15,532 nucleotides of DNA from Candidatus Micrarchaeia archaeon (GTDB lineage Archaea > Micrarchaeota > Micrarchaeia > Anstonellales > J096), in assembly GCA_041500865.1 (NCBI GenBank), contig JBGQMY010000023.1, forward strand, positions 1-15,532, in the 5' to 3' direction. The notes beneath the pieces are model-generated. The model made no database searches and was not told where the DNA came from. It saw nothing but the letters and a program-made list of their open reading frames with translations. Below, piece by piece: positions 1-7,953 of this stretch. Both the position numbers and the translations under genes were made by a program. Numbering within the stretch: the stretch's first letter is position 1; the number at the start of each line of letters is the position of its first letter.

Positions 1-588
1 GTTGTGTTCAAGCAGTAAAGCGCAGGTTTCGGTGTGTCCCCAATGTGCGGCATACATGAGCGCAGTCGTGCCGTCATTGTCATTTGCCTCTATGTCTGCG
101 CCTTTTTCAAGCAGGAAAGCGCATGTTTGGGTGCATCCGTTCCTTGCGGCACATATAAGCGCAGTCATGCCGCCATTGCTCTTTGCCTCGATGCTTGCGT
201 TGTGTTCAAGCAGTAAAGCGCAGGTTTCTATGTACCCTAGCCATGCGGCATGCATGAGCGCAGTCCTGCCGTCGTTGTCCTTTGCCTCGATGCTTGCGCC
301 TTTTTCGAGCAATAAAGCGCAGGTTGGGATGCGTCCGTTGTATGCGGCACGCATGAGCGCGGTCCTGCCGTCATCGTCCTTTGCTTCTATGTCTGCGCCG
401 GCCTTTAGCAGCCTATCGATTCCTTCATCGTCTCCCTGGGGGACGGCGTTCAAGAGCGCCTCGTCCAGCTTTTTGCGCTTGCTTGGAAACATCAGCATCC
501 TTTTCGCCGACTTCTTGCTTAATTCGAATAGGCGCAATGTTTTTTTCCGGAAACGGCCTGGCTCCTTTTCCCTTTGGCGCTGTGCCAT
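1..588 (-). CDS. Ankyrin-repeat protein 1 (3' end runs off the window)
   Basis: Not in the ORF track because its stop is outside the window. Manual translation from ATG 588: MAQRQREKEPGRFRKK...KKLDEALLNAVPQGDDEGIDRLLKAGADIEAK-DDDGRTALMRAAYNGRIPTCALLLEKGASIEAK-DNDGRTALMHAAWLGY...; 33-aa ankyrin repeats with the G-x-TAL-x-x-AA motif. Confidence 0.93.
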   Translation of the reverse strand, partial: MAQRQREKEPGRFRKKTLRLFELSKKSAKRMLMFPSKRKKLDEALLNAVPQGDDEGIDRLLKAGADIEAKDDDGRTALMRAAYNGRIPTCALLLEKGASIEAKDNDGRTALMHAAWLGYIETCALLLEHNASIEAKSNGGMTALICAARNGCTQTCAFLLEKGADIEANDNDGTTALMYAAHWGHTETCALLLEHN

Positions 589-620
589 GACCTTATTATG
601 CGGCGAAGGGAATAAAAATC
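586..620 (-). promoter_or_regulatory. Conserved ankyrin upstream element, copy 1
   Basis: GATTTTTATTCCCTTCGCCGCATAATAAGGTCATG; ends in the ATG of ankyrin 1 and overlaps the TGA stop of ankyrin 2. Confidence 0.8.
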
Positions 621-1179
621 ATCCTGCAAGGCACTCGCCGAAGGATTTCAGGAAATTCTTGACAACATCTGCGCCTACCGATATCTGCAGCTTTTCTATG
701 GACTTGAGGAATGCGGCTGTTTCTTTGTTGCCGTATTTTTTGGCGATTGAGGATGCGGTCTTGTGTTCTTTATCTTCTGCCTTGATGCTTGCGTTGTGTT
801 CAAGCAGTAAAGCGCAGGTTGGGGTGTGCCCCCATATTGCGGCATATATGAGCGCGGTCCTGCCGTCATTGCTCTTTGCCTCGATGCTTGCGCCTTTTTC
901 AACCAACAGCATGCATACGTCAGTATATCCTTCCCGTGCGGCCCGCATGAGCGCAGTCCAGCCGTAGTTGTCCTTTGCCTCGATGCTTGCGCCTTTCTTG
1001 ATGAGCCGCCCAATCTCTTCGTTGTTGTCTTGCTCTGCGGCGCTGATGAGTTCATCATTGAGTTTCTTCTGCGCTTCTTCTGGCAGTTTTGGCTTCTCGC
1101 TTGGCGCCGGCTCCTGTTTGCGTTTTATGATATGCATTTTCTCAAGCGCGCGCCTGAACACGGGCTTCATTTCCTGCAT
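619..1179 (-). CDS. Ankyrin-repeat protein 2 (about 186 aa; N-cap, 2 repeats, C-cap, tail FLKSFGECLAG)
   Basis: ORF 619..1224, with the start reassigned to ATG 1179 (MQEMKPV) at the end of the conserved element; GWTALMRAA and GRTALIYAA repeats. Confidence 0.93.
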   Translation of the reverse strand: MQEMKPVFRRALEKMHIIKRKQEPAPSEKPKLPEEAQKKLNDELISAAEQDNNEEIGRLIKKGASIEAKDNYGWTALMRAAREGYTDVCMLLVEKGASIEAKSNDGRTALIYAAIWGHTPTCALLLEHNASIKAEDKEHKTASSIAKKYGNKETAAFLKSIEKLQISVGADVVKNFLKSFGECLAG

Positions 1180-1211
1180 AGCTATATTGTGCATAAAAGG
1201 AGTTAAAAATG
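1177..1211 (-). promoter_or_regulatory. Conserved ankyrin upstream element, copy 2
   Basis: CATTTTTAACTCCTTTTATGCACAATATAGCTATG. Confidence 0.75.
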
Positions 1212-1286
1212 CTATTGGATGCATTCCTTGAAGCCTGAATAAAACGCGTTTGCAGCTTTAACTGGCTTTTCCGTCTCAAATCCCAT
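1212..1286 (-). pseudogene. Orphan C-terminal fragment of an ankyrin-family gene (MGFETEKPVKAANAFYSGFKECIQ*)
   Basis: 24-codon frame ending in the family tail F-x-S-x-F-x-E-C-I, with its TAG immediately followed by element copy 2. Confidence 0.6.
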
Positions 1287-1320
1287 TCCAGGTTATGCAC
1301 CACATGAAGCCGGAACAGAA

Positions 1321-1941
1321 TCAGTTGGACATTTCCCGTGCCCTTGGCAAAATGGGCGCGAACTTAAGGAAGTCTGCCGTTTCCTTTTTGCTGGTCTGTG
1401 CGGCCCACGCGAATGCGGTATTGCCGGCATGGTCCTTTGCCCCGATGTCAGCGCCTTTTCCGACCAGGAGCGAGCAGACGTCGGTATGCCCGCTGCGTGC
1501 GGCATACATGAGCGGGGTCCTGCCAGCATTGTCCCTTATTTCCATGCCCGCGCCATTTTCAGCCAGGAACCTGCAGATGCCGGCCTTTCCGTTGCACGCG
1601 GCCTCTATGAGCGCGGTGGAGCCGAAGCAGTCCCCTGCATTCACTTCCGCGCCTTTTTTGACCAGCAATACGCAGGTGTCGGCGCTTCCATTCCATGCGG
1701 CATGCATGAGCGGGGTCCAGCCGTCTTTGTCCCTTGCATCGGCATCCGCGCCAGCCTTCAGCAGCCTGTTGATTTCCTCATTGCCGCCTTCCATGGCTGC
1801 CTTAATCAGCCTGGCGTCAAGCTGTTTCTGCCTGCCTGTCAGTATCCTTCCGGCCTTCTCCAGCTTCGGATTGCGGAAGATGGCATCCTTTGCCTTGCGC
1901 ATGCGCATTGCGAATTTTGACTCGGCGAGCCTTTGCGCCAT
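1321..1941 (-). CDS. Ankyrin-repeat protein 3 (about 206 aa; 3 repeats plus caps; stops just before the family tail)
   Basis: GWTPLMHAA, GSTALIEAA, GRTPLMYAA and GNTAFAWAA motifs; start at ATG 1941 (MAQRLAESK) after the element. FCSGFMWCI follows the TGA in frame. Confidence 0.92.
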   Translation of the reverse strand: MAQRLAESKFAMRMRKAKDAIFRNPKLEKAGRILTGRQKQLDARLIKAAMEGGNEEINRLLKAGADADARDKDGWTPLMHAAWNGSADTCVLLVKKGAEVNAGDCFGSTALIEAACNGKAGICRFLAENGAGMEIRDNAGRTPLMYAARSGHTDVCSLLVGKGADIGAKDHAGNTAFAWAAQTSKKETADFLKFAPILPRAREMSN

Positions 1942-1973
1942 GCCCCCATTATGTGGCAAAGGGAATTAAAATG
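1939..1973 (-). promoter_or_regulatory. Conserved ankyrin upstream element, copy 3
   Basis: CATTTTAATTCCCTTTGCCACATAATGGGGGCATG. Confidence 0.78.
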
Positions 1974-2021
1974 CTCGCCCAGGTTGCCCAAGCAGGCCAA
2001 AAACAGACGCACAACACAACC

Positions 2022-2029
2022 TTTTAAAA
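2022..2029 (+). promoter_or_regulatory. Putative TATA box of the coiled-coil gene
   Basis: TTTTAAAA upstream of an AGTGA SD-like site (2074-2078) and ATG 2084. Confidence 0.45.
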
Positions 2030-2083
2030 CCTTTTTCCGGATTAGGATTACGCTGATTGGATTATTCCGCAAAAGTGATTGAC

Positions 2084-2656
2084 ATGGCAGACGAGAAAGG
2101 GGCTCCTGAGCAAAGGCAACCCGCCGTGCCCCAAAAGGGCAGCGTCGAGGAGGAAATTTCAAAGCTCACTGCCAGGAAGAACGAGCTCATAGAAAGGGTC
2201 AAGAGAGTCTCGAAGGGGCTGAAATACAAGACAATAGAGCTCAAGGCGCTTGAGCCGCTGGCCGCGCAGGCCGAAAGGGAAAACCCGTTCATACTCATTA
2301 GAAAGTTAAAGAAGCTGGAATTCAGGCTCTCGACCCAGGCTTCGACGCCGAAAACCGAGAAGCTGATGATGAAGGACATCATCGACCTTGAAAGGAAGAT
2401 AAGGAAGGTCAAGCCCCTTCTCACTGCCTCAAGCAGGATAAGGAGGGTCAGGGAGGACCTCAAGTATTACGAGGGCGAGATGGTAAAGGTGGAGTCTGAG
2501 CTGAAGGATCTGAGGTCAAGGCTGAGGGAGCTCATCAGCAGGAAGAAGGAGGACAAGGCGGCTGAAAGGAAGGGCATCTCCTATGACGAGACTGTCGAGG
2601 TAGCGGACGAATTCGTCTCCATGGAAGACATCGCCGAAATAGAGAAGCACGACTGA
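2084..2656 (+). CDS. Archaeal coiled-coil protein (COG1340-like)
   Basis: K/E/L-rich heptads; the segment KKLEFRLSTQASTPKTEKLMMKDIIDLERKI resembles the conserved archaeal coiled-coil family. ATG 2084 with an SD-like site is preferred over TTG 2057. Confidence 0.8.
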   Translation: MADEKGAPEQRQPAVPQKGSVEEEISKLTARKNELIERVKRVSKGLKYKTIELKALEPLAAQAERENPFILIRKLKKLEFRLSTQASTPKTEKLMMKDIIDLERKIRKVKPLLTASSRIRRVREDLKYYEGEMVKVESELKDLRSRLRELISRKKEDKAAERKGISYDETVEVADEFVSMEDIAEIEKHD

Positions 2657-3682
2657 TTATCCAAGCGCGCCTTCAACGCCGTCAAGCATGCTCATCGGGA
2701 AGTCCATGTCGCCTTTCATCTTTATCCAGTTGCTCAGGCCCGAAAGCTCCAGGCCGTAAAGCATGGCCTTCTTCGCATGGAACGGCACAAGCTCGTTCAG
2801 CGTCTGTATGGCGTCATGCGCGGCTATCTCCCTCATCAGGTGCGATTCCCTTATTCTTTTGTCTATATGGCATTTGCCCTCGAACGCGTCCGCGAACCAC
2901 GGCAAGGCAATTGACATGAACGTTATGCCGCCGCCTGTCGCGCTTTTCGTCAATCCCGCGGCGTCCCCGAACAGGACGGCGCCCTTGTTCTGCATCCTTT
3001 CCCTCATGCTTATCGGGATGACTGCGCCCCTCCACTTCACGCCTTCGCCGCAGTCGCCGAAGAATTTTATGCCTTTCCCGAGAAGCGCCCTGTCAACAGT
3101 CCCGAAGCCTATCTCAGAGACGTTCCTGCGCGGTATTATCCAGCCGAAGAAGCCCTTGAATGCGTCGTTTATGAAGACGCGGACCATGTCCTTTTCCCAT
3201 ATGCTGTCTACGTAGGCATGCATCGTATATGCGTATTTCCTTATGGGCGGGAACCCGAACGCCCTTGCAGTCTCTGACCAGGGCCCGTCCGCGCCTACGG
3301 CGTTTTTCATCTTCAATATGTCCGAGGTGGCCTTCCTTGTCCCGTATTCAACGTCAACGCCTTTCTTTTCCGCGGCTTTCGCGCTTATCTCATTGACCTT
3401 TTCCCTGTCCATCACATATGCCACGTCGCGGTCCCTTTTCACCTCAAGCCACTCGCAGCCCACGAATATCTTTGCGCCCTTTATCCGGTTTTGGACCGCC
3501 TTGCTTACGCTGATTGATTTTGATATGTTCTCCATCCCCCTGCTTGAGATTAATCCCGAACACTCTATTGAATCGGACGGGCTTGCATGCTCCTCATATG
3601 CCTTTACGTCGTGCCCCCTTTCCGCAAGCTCGGCCGCCATCATGGAGCCGGCTATGCTGAAGCCTACGACGTTCGCCTTCAA
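2657..3682 (-). CDS. Geranylgeranyl reductase-family FAD-dependent oxidoreductase
   Basis: N-terminal Rossmann segment VVGFSIAGS, then ECSGLIS, VGADG, GFFGWIIP and GDAAGLTKSATGGGI. The start is probably TTG 3682 (SD GGGTG; TTTAAAA at 3722-3728); ATG 3706 is the alternative. Confidence 0.82.
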   Translation of the reverse strand: MKANVVGFSIAGSMMAAELAERGHDVKAYEEHASPSDSIECSGLISSRGMENISKSISVSKAVQNRIKGAKIFVGCEWLEVKRDRDVAYVMDREKVNEISAKAAEKKGVDVEYGTRKATSDILKMKNAVGADGPWSETARAFGFPPIRKYAYTMHAYVDSIWEKDMVRVFINDAFKGFFGWIIPRRNVSEIGFGTVDRALLGKGIKFFGDCGEGVKWRGAVIPISMRERMQNKGAVLFGDAAGLTKSATGGGITFMSIALPWFADAFEGKCHIDKRIRESHLMREIAAHDAIQTLNELVPFHAKKAMLYGLELSGLSNWIKMKGDMDFPMSMLDGVEGALG

Positions 3683-3732
3683 CCGATAAACACCCTGAAA
3701 TGCCATTTTGGCTCGTTGCCGTTTTAAATCTT

Positions 3733-4860
3733 TCAGTGCCTCGCAAGCTTCCTCTTCCTGTCCTCGAAGATTGGGATATATAACAGCAGGGCAAGGCCCT
3801 CAAACAGCAGGGTTGCCTCCAATGAGAAGCTTACTGCTATCAAATACCCAACCAGCACGCCGCTGACCCTGCTTATGGCGAATATGAACTCCCGCCCCAT
3901 CATGCTGGAAACAAGGTCCTTGCTGTTGTCCACAACAAGCGCGAGCGGCAAAGGGAAGAATATGCGCGAAAAGAAATTGACAAGGCCGTAGCCCAATATG
4001 AACATGGCGATCCCCTGCGCCCAGCTGGTGAAAATCGCGGAAAGCGCGAAGCACGCCACAAGCACGAGCAGCAGCTCCCTGCGCCGTTCCATCCTGTCGG
4101 AAAACCGCGCAGCCACGAATGCCGCAATGACCGAGAATACCGTTGCCAGGGACGTTAAAATGCCGAACTGCAGCGGCGTGCCCGCATAGCGCAGCAAGAT
4201 GACGCTCAGCGTCATCGAAACCATTATCGTTGCGGTAAAGCCTTCCATGAACAGCATGGACTTCAGCCCAGAAATGGACTTTATGCTGTCAATCAATGAA
4301 TATTCATATTTGCGGTTCTCTACAAGGCAGAAGACTATCGGAATGCCTATAATGAAAACAACTATTGAAAGCGCATAAATCGCCGCGAACCCGAACGATT
4401 GCACGAAAAGGCCGGCCAGCGCCGGAACCAAAAGCGAGATGACAGGGCTTACGGAATAATAGAACGCCCCGAGCTGCGCGCTGTTCCCTTTGCTGAATTC
4501 ATAGAACATCGTGTTGAACGGCGCCCAGAACGCGAAGCACGTGAGCCCTGAAAGGAAAAGATAAGCAAAGGCCGCCAGCGGAAGCGGCAAGACAATTAAA
4601 GATAGTACTGAAAGCGCGGAAATGGCCATGCCTGCAACCATGAAATCCCTGGCTGCAAAGCCCCGGAAAAGCGGGATTACAAGCAATGGCGCCAAGTATA
4701 TGAACGCCCCGACCCCAAATATGACAGGCAGGGACATGCCGCCCTGATTGAAATAAACATAAATAATCGAGGATGTTGGCGCCCATGCCACATTCCATAG
4801 GATATAGACCGCGACAAGCCTCTGGAACGGCGTCAATGCGCTTAGCTTTGGGATTTCCAT
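3733..4860 (-). CDS. MFS transporter
   Basis: 375 aa with about 12 hydrophobic helices; MFS loop motif ARFSDRMERRR; GGTGA SD inside the upstream stop codon. Confidence 0.87.
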   Translation of the reverse strand: MEIPKLSALTPFQRLVAVYILWNVAWAPTSSIIYVYFNQGGMSLPVIFGVGAFIYLAPLLVIPLFRGFAARDFMVAGMAISALSVLSLIVLPLPLAAFAYLFLSGLTCFAFWAPFNTMFYEFSKGNSAQLGAFYYSVSPVISLLVPALAGLFVQSFGFAAIYALSIVVFIIGIPIVFCLVENRKYEYSLIDSIKSISGLKSMLFMEGFTATIMVSMTLSVILLRYAGTPLQFGILTSLATVFSVIAAFVAARFSDRMERRRELLLVLVACFALSAIFTSWAQGIAMFILGYGLVNFFSRIFFPLPLALVVDNSKDLVSSMMGREFIFAISRVSGVLVGYLIAVSFSLEATLLFEGLALLLYIPIFEDRKRKLARH

Positions 4861-4864
4861 GCCT

Positions 4865-6697
4865 TCACCTGAAGAACACCTCGACGTATTTTTCCGGGTT
4901 CCTCGTGATTATGAACCTTTCGTCAGGCAAAAGCTTTTTGTAGTTGTTCCACGCGAACCTCTCGTCCATGAAGATTATGGCGGCCTTGTCCGTTTCCTTC
5001 CTTATCGCCCTTCCCGCTGACTGCAACGCCTTGGTCACGGCAGGATAGATGTATCCGTATTCCCATCCCTTGCCGAACTTCCTGTCATAATACCCTATTA
5101 TGGCGTCTATCTCCACGCCCATCTCCTCAAGCGCTATGCCTGCGACGACTACGACCTTTATCTCGTTGTTGGCGAAGTCCACGCCCTCCGCCACTGAGCC
5201 GCCCTGCACCGCCAGCATAAGCCTCTTGCCCTTCTTGAACCCGTGGATAATCTCCGCTATCTCCGCAGGCCCGGAGCTCTCGCCCTGCATGATGTACGGG
5301 ATGCCCTTTATCAGCGGAGCTATCTCGCCCATGACCTTGAATGACGGAAAGAAAACCACCACTCCGCCCGGGCTCCTTCCGTATATTTTTTCAATCGTTG
5401 ACGCGTATTTCACGAACTCCTCGAACACGCGCCTTGTGTATTTTGTCGTCATGCCCTCTGTTATGATCATTATCCTGTTGTCCTTGGCGAACGGCGAGGA
5501 ATACGACTTTTGGATCACCCTTGCCTTGTCCAGCCCGAGCAGGTCCGCGTACATGCCCAGCGGGCTCAAGGTCGCGCTTGCAAGCACCGCTGCCCTGAAC
5601 TTGTTTATGTATCTGCTCAAGGGGCTCGGGTCCAATGACCTGCGGGACAGCGAGAACTGGCCGCCTTCCCTCCTGCTTAGCACATCCACGTGCCCGTCCC
5701 CTTCTGCCATGCCAAGCTTTTCCATGAATGACGCGGTCTTGAGCAGCGCGCTTCTCCCGCCGGTTTTGAGCACGTATTCGTCCCCAATCTGCAGTAGCTT
5801 TTCCATCAAATCGTCGACATTGTAGCTTTCGCCCAGCGCCTCAACGAATTCGTTTGCGCTTGCCTTGACCTCGTTCTCCTTGCCTATCTTCTTGGAGGAC
5901 CAGTCCAGCAGGACGTCTGAAAGGCTGAGCGGCCCGTATCCCAGCTGCTCAAGCTCCTTGTCCGCCCTTTTCAGCATGCCGGTCGTGACAGTCGACGAGA
6001 CGTAGTCCCTCAGCCTCTTGGGCAGGTTGTGCGCCTCGTCTATTATGACGATGCTTCTTGCAGGGTCTTTTTTGGTTTTTGTCAAGAATGCGTCCCGGAC
6101 GGCCGGTATGAACAGATGGTAATAGTCCGCTATGACGACGTTGGCCCCTTTCGCCATCTTCATCATCATCTCGAACGGGCATGCCCCGCTTTCCGAACAA
6201 ACGTCAAACAGCTCGGCATGCTGCGCGTTCTCAAGCGTTGGCTTCAGCCTTGAGAAAAGCGCGTTCGCCTCGTCCGTTTCGGGCCTGCTGTATCCGATTG
6301 CCTTCCTGCAGAACTTGCACAGCTCGTCCTTCCTCATCGCGTTGCATGCCGAATAGAAGGACTCCGCGTCCGTTCCCTTCAGCGCAGGGTGCATGCAAAG
6401 GTGCCTCTTGCCTATCACGTCAACGGCCGAGAAGCCTTTTCCGTGCTTCCTGTCGATTCCTTTAACGACGTCTATCCCTATCCTGTGCTGGGATATCTTC
6501 GGCGTAAGGAAAAAAACCGTTAAGCCTTCCTTTTCAGCGGCAGTAAGCGCGGCTCCCAGCAGCGCATCGGTCTTGCCCAGCCCCGTCGGGGCCTCGGCAA
6601 GCAATATGTTCCCGCTTTCAAAGGCGCCCAATGCGTCCTGCGCCAGCTCGCTCTGGTGCTTCCTCAGCTGGCTGTGGCGGAACAGGATATCCATCAT
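4865..6697 (-). CDS. xpd: XPD/Rad3/DinG-family Fe-S DNA helicase
   Basis: Q motif LRKHQ, Walker A APTGLGKT, four-Cys Fe-S region (LCMH, ACNAMR, LCKF, ACPF), IIDEAHNL, SATL, EGVDF and QSAGRAIR. Start at 6697 via an ATGA overlap with the upstream gene. Confidence 0.92.
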   Translation of the reverse strand: MMDILFRHSQLRKHQSELAQDALGAFESGNILLAEAPTGLGKTDALLGAALTAAEKEGLTVFFLTPKISQHRIGIDVVKGIDRKHGKGFSAVDVIGKRHLCMHPALKGTDAESFYSACNAMRKDELCKFCRKAIGYSRPETDEANALFSRLKPTLENAQHAELFDVCSESGACPFEMMMKMAKGANVVIADYYHLFIPAVRDAFLTKTKKDPARSIVIIDEAHNLPKRLRDYVSSTVTTGMLKRADKELEQLGYGPLSLSDVLLDWSSKKIGKENEVKASANEFVEALGESYNVDDLMEKLLQIGDEYVLKTGGRSALLKTASFMEKLGMAEGDGHVDVLSRREGGQFSLSRRSLDPSPLSRYINKFRAAVLASATLSPLGMYADLLGLDKARVIQKSYSSPFAKDNRIMIITEGMTTKYTRRVFEEFVKYASTIEKIYGRSPGGVVVFFPSFKVMGEIAPLIKGIPYIMQGESSGPAEIAEIIHGFKKGKRLMLAVQGGSVAEGVDFANNEIKVVVVAGIALEEMGVEIDAIIGYYDRKFGKGWEYGYIYPAVTKALQSAGRAIRKETDKAAIIFMDERFAWNNYKKLLPDERFIITRNPEKYVEVFFR

Positions 6698-7191
6698 TCC
6701 GCCTTTTCGGGCCTGGACAGCGGGCATGCCAGGTTGACGGTCATCTCGTCCTTTCCTGCGTCGTAGGACAGGATTTCGGCATACCTGCCCCACTGGATTA
6801 TGCGCCTGAACTGCATTTCCGATTCTTTTGCGAAAAGCTCCTTTTCTATCATGTGCAGGAAATACGCCTTCGGCTTCGGGCCCTCTTTCCTGAGGACTGA
6901 AACGATTTTCCTGAAAACGGGCATCATGCATATCTGCGAGGATATGAGCGCCTTCTTCCCCTCGGGGTTCAGCGTGTAGAGCCTCCTGCCCATGTTCGTT
7001 ATGTTTATGCAGTCCCTTGTTATCATCACAAGCCCTATTATCTTCGCCGCGTCAATGACGGGCAGCAGCTCGTCTATCTCTATGCCCAGGTACTTCTGCA
7101 GGCTTTCAATCCTCATGGAGCCCTCGTTGTTGTACAAGATGTCGACCAGCCCTATTACCTCGGTTATGTTTGCGTACGGAACCCATTGCAT
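6694..7191 (-). CDS. Stand-alone AAA-associated C-terminal domain protein (partner of NitT/TauT-type ABC ATPase)
   Basis: VIGLVDIL...IDELLPVIDAAKIIGL...ITNMGR and IIQWGRYAEILSYD match the domain commonly fused to these ATPases; lies directly downstream of the ATPase. Confidence 0.8.
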   Translation of the reverse strand: MQWVPYANITEVIGLVDILYNNEGSMRIESLQKYLGIEIDELLPVIDAAKIIGLVMITRDCINITNMGRRLYTLNPEGKKALISSQICMMPVFRKIVSVLRKEGPKPKAYFLHMIEKELFAKESEMQFRRIIQWGRYAEILSYDAGKDEMTVNLACPLSRPEKAE

Positions 7192-7197
7192 TTCATT

Positions 7198-7953
7198 TCA
7201 CCTTACCAGCAGTTCGTATATCTTTGACACGTATTCCTCGAACTTCGCGCTCTTCATCAGCCTCGGCCTCGGAAGCGCTATGTTCACTACCTCCTTTATG
7301 TAGCCCGGCTTGCCGTCAAGCACCATTATCTTGTCTGCCATGTAAACGGCCTCCTCTATGCTGTGCGACGTCATCAGTATGCTGTTTGTCGGGAACTCCT
7401 TGTCCTGCCACAATGCCAGCAGCTCGTCCCTCATGGACTGCGCGGTCAGCGGGTCCAAATTCGCGAACGGCTCGTCCATCAGCAGTATCAGCGGCTCAAC
7501 GGACAGCGCCCTCGCTATGCCCACCTTCTGCTTCAACCCCCGTGCAAGCTCGTACGGCTGGCTGCCCTCGTTGCCGTCAAGGCCCATCATCTCAACATAC
7601 TTCCGTATGCGCGCCTTCTTGTCGTCCTTGCTGATGTTCAGGTGGTCAACCGCGAGGTCCATGTTCTCGTACACGCTGAGCCACGGCACAAGCGCGAAGT
7701 CGTGGAAGACCATTGACACGAGGTCGCTTACCTTCGTGGACGCTATGAAGAAGGACAGCTGCCCTTCTGAAACGGTCTCAAGCCCGGCCATCATCCTTAA
7801 CAGCATGGTTTTTCCGCTTCCGCTCGGGCCGACTATCGCGATTATCTCGTTTTCGTGGAGCGTGAAGCTTATGTTCTTGATTATCCACTTCTCCTTTCCG
7901 CTCTCGTAGAACATCTTGCCGACGCTTTTCAGCGAAACCCATTCCTTCCTCAT
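7198..7953 (-). CDS. ABC transporter ATP-binding protein, NitT/TauT family
   Basis: Walker A GPSGSGKT, Walker B LLMDEPF, D-loop NLD and H-loop SHSIEEA; start MRKEWV at 7953 (ATGA overlap with the permease stop). Confidence 0.92.
   Translation of the reverse strand: MRKEWVSLKSVGKMFYESGKEKWIIKNISFTLHENEIIAIVGPSGSGKTMLLRMMAGLETVSEGQLSFFIASTKVSDLVSMVFHDFALVPWLSVYENMDLAVDHLNISKDDKKARIRKYVEMMGLDGNEGSQPYELARGLKQKVGIARALSVEPLILLMDEPFANLDPLTAQSMRDELLALWQDKEFPTNSILMTSHSIEEAVYMADKIMVLDGKPGYIKEVVNIALPRPRLMKSAKFEEYVSKIYELLVR

Noticed and set aside
2..1969. Long plus-strand ORFs (2..967, 968..1231, 1295..1969; likewise 9963..10343 and 10971..11651)
   Set aside because: They are antisense shadows of the ankyrin genes: repeated modules lacking a stop on the opposite strand, with S/A/M-rich translations and no recognisable motifs.
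586..1973. Conserved element as a CRISPR repeat
   Set aside because: Copies are degenerate, separated by whole genes rather than 30-40 bp spacers, and no cas genes are present.
6698..6931. N-terminal extensions in the ORF track (XPD to 6931, ATPase to 8169, permease to 9584, ankyrins to 1224/1959/10321/11623, pilin from 14648)
   Set aside because: They overlap neighbouring genes or promoters. Downstream ATGs with ATGA coupling or TATA spacing fit better.
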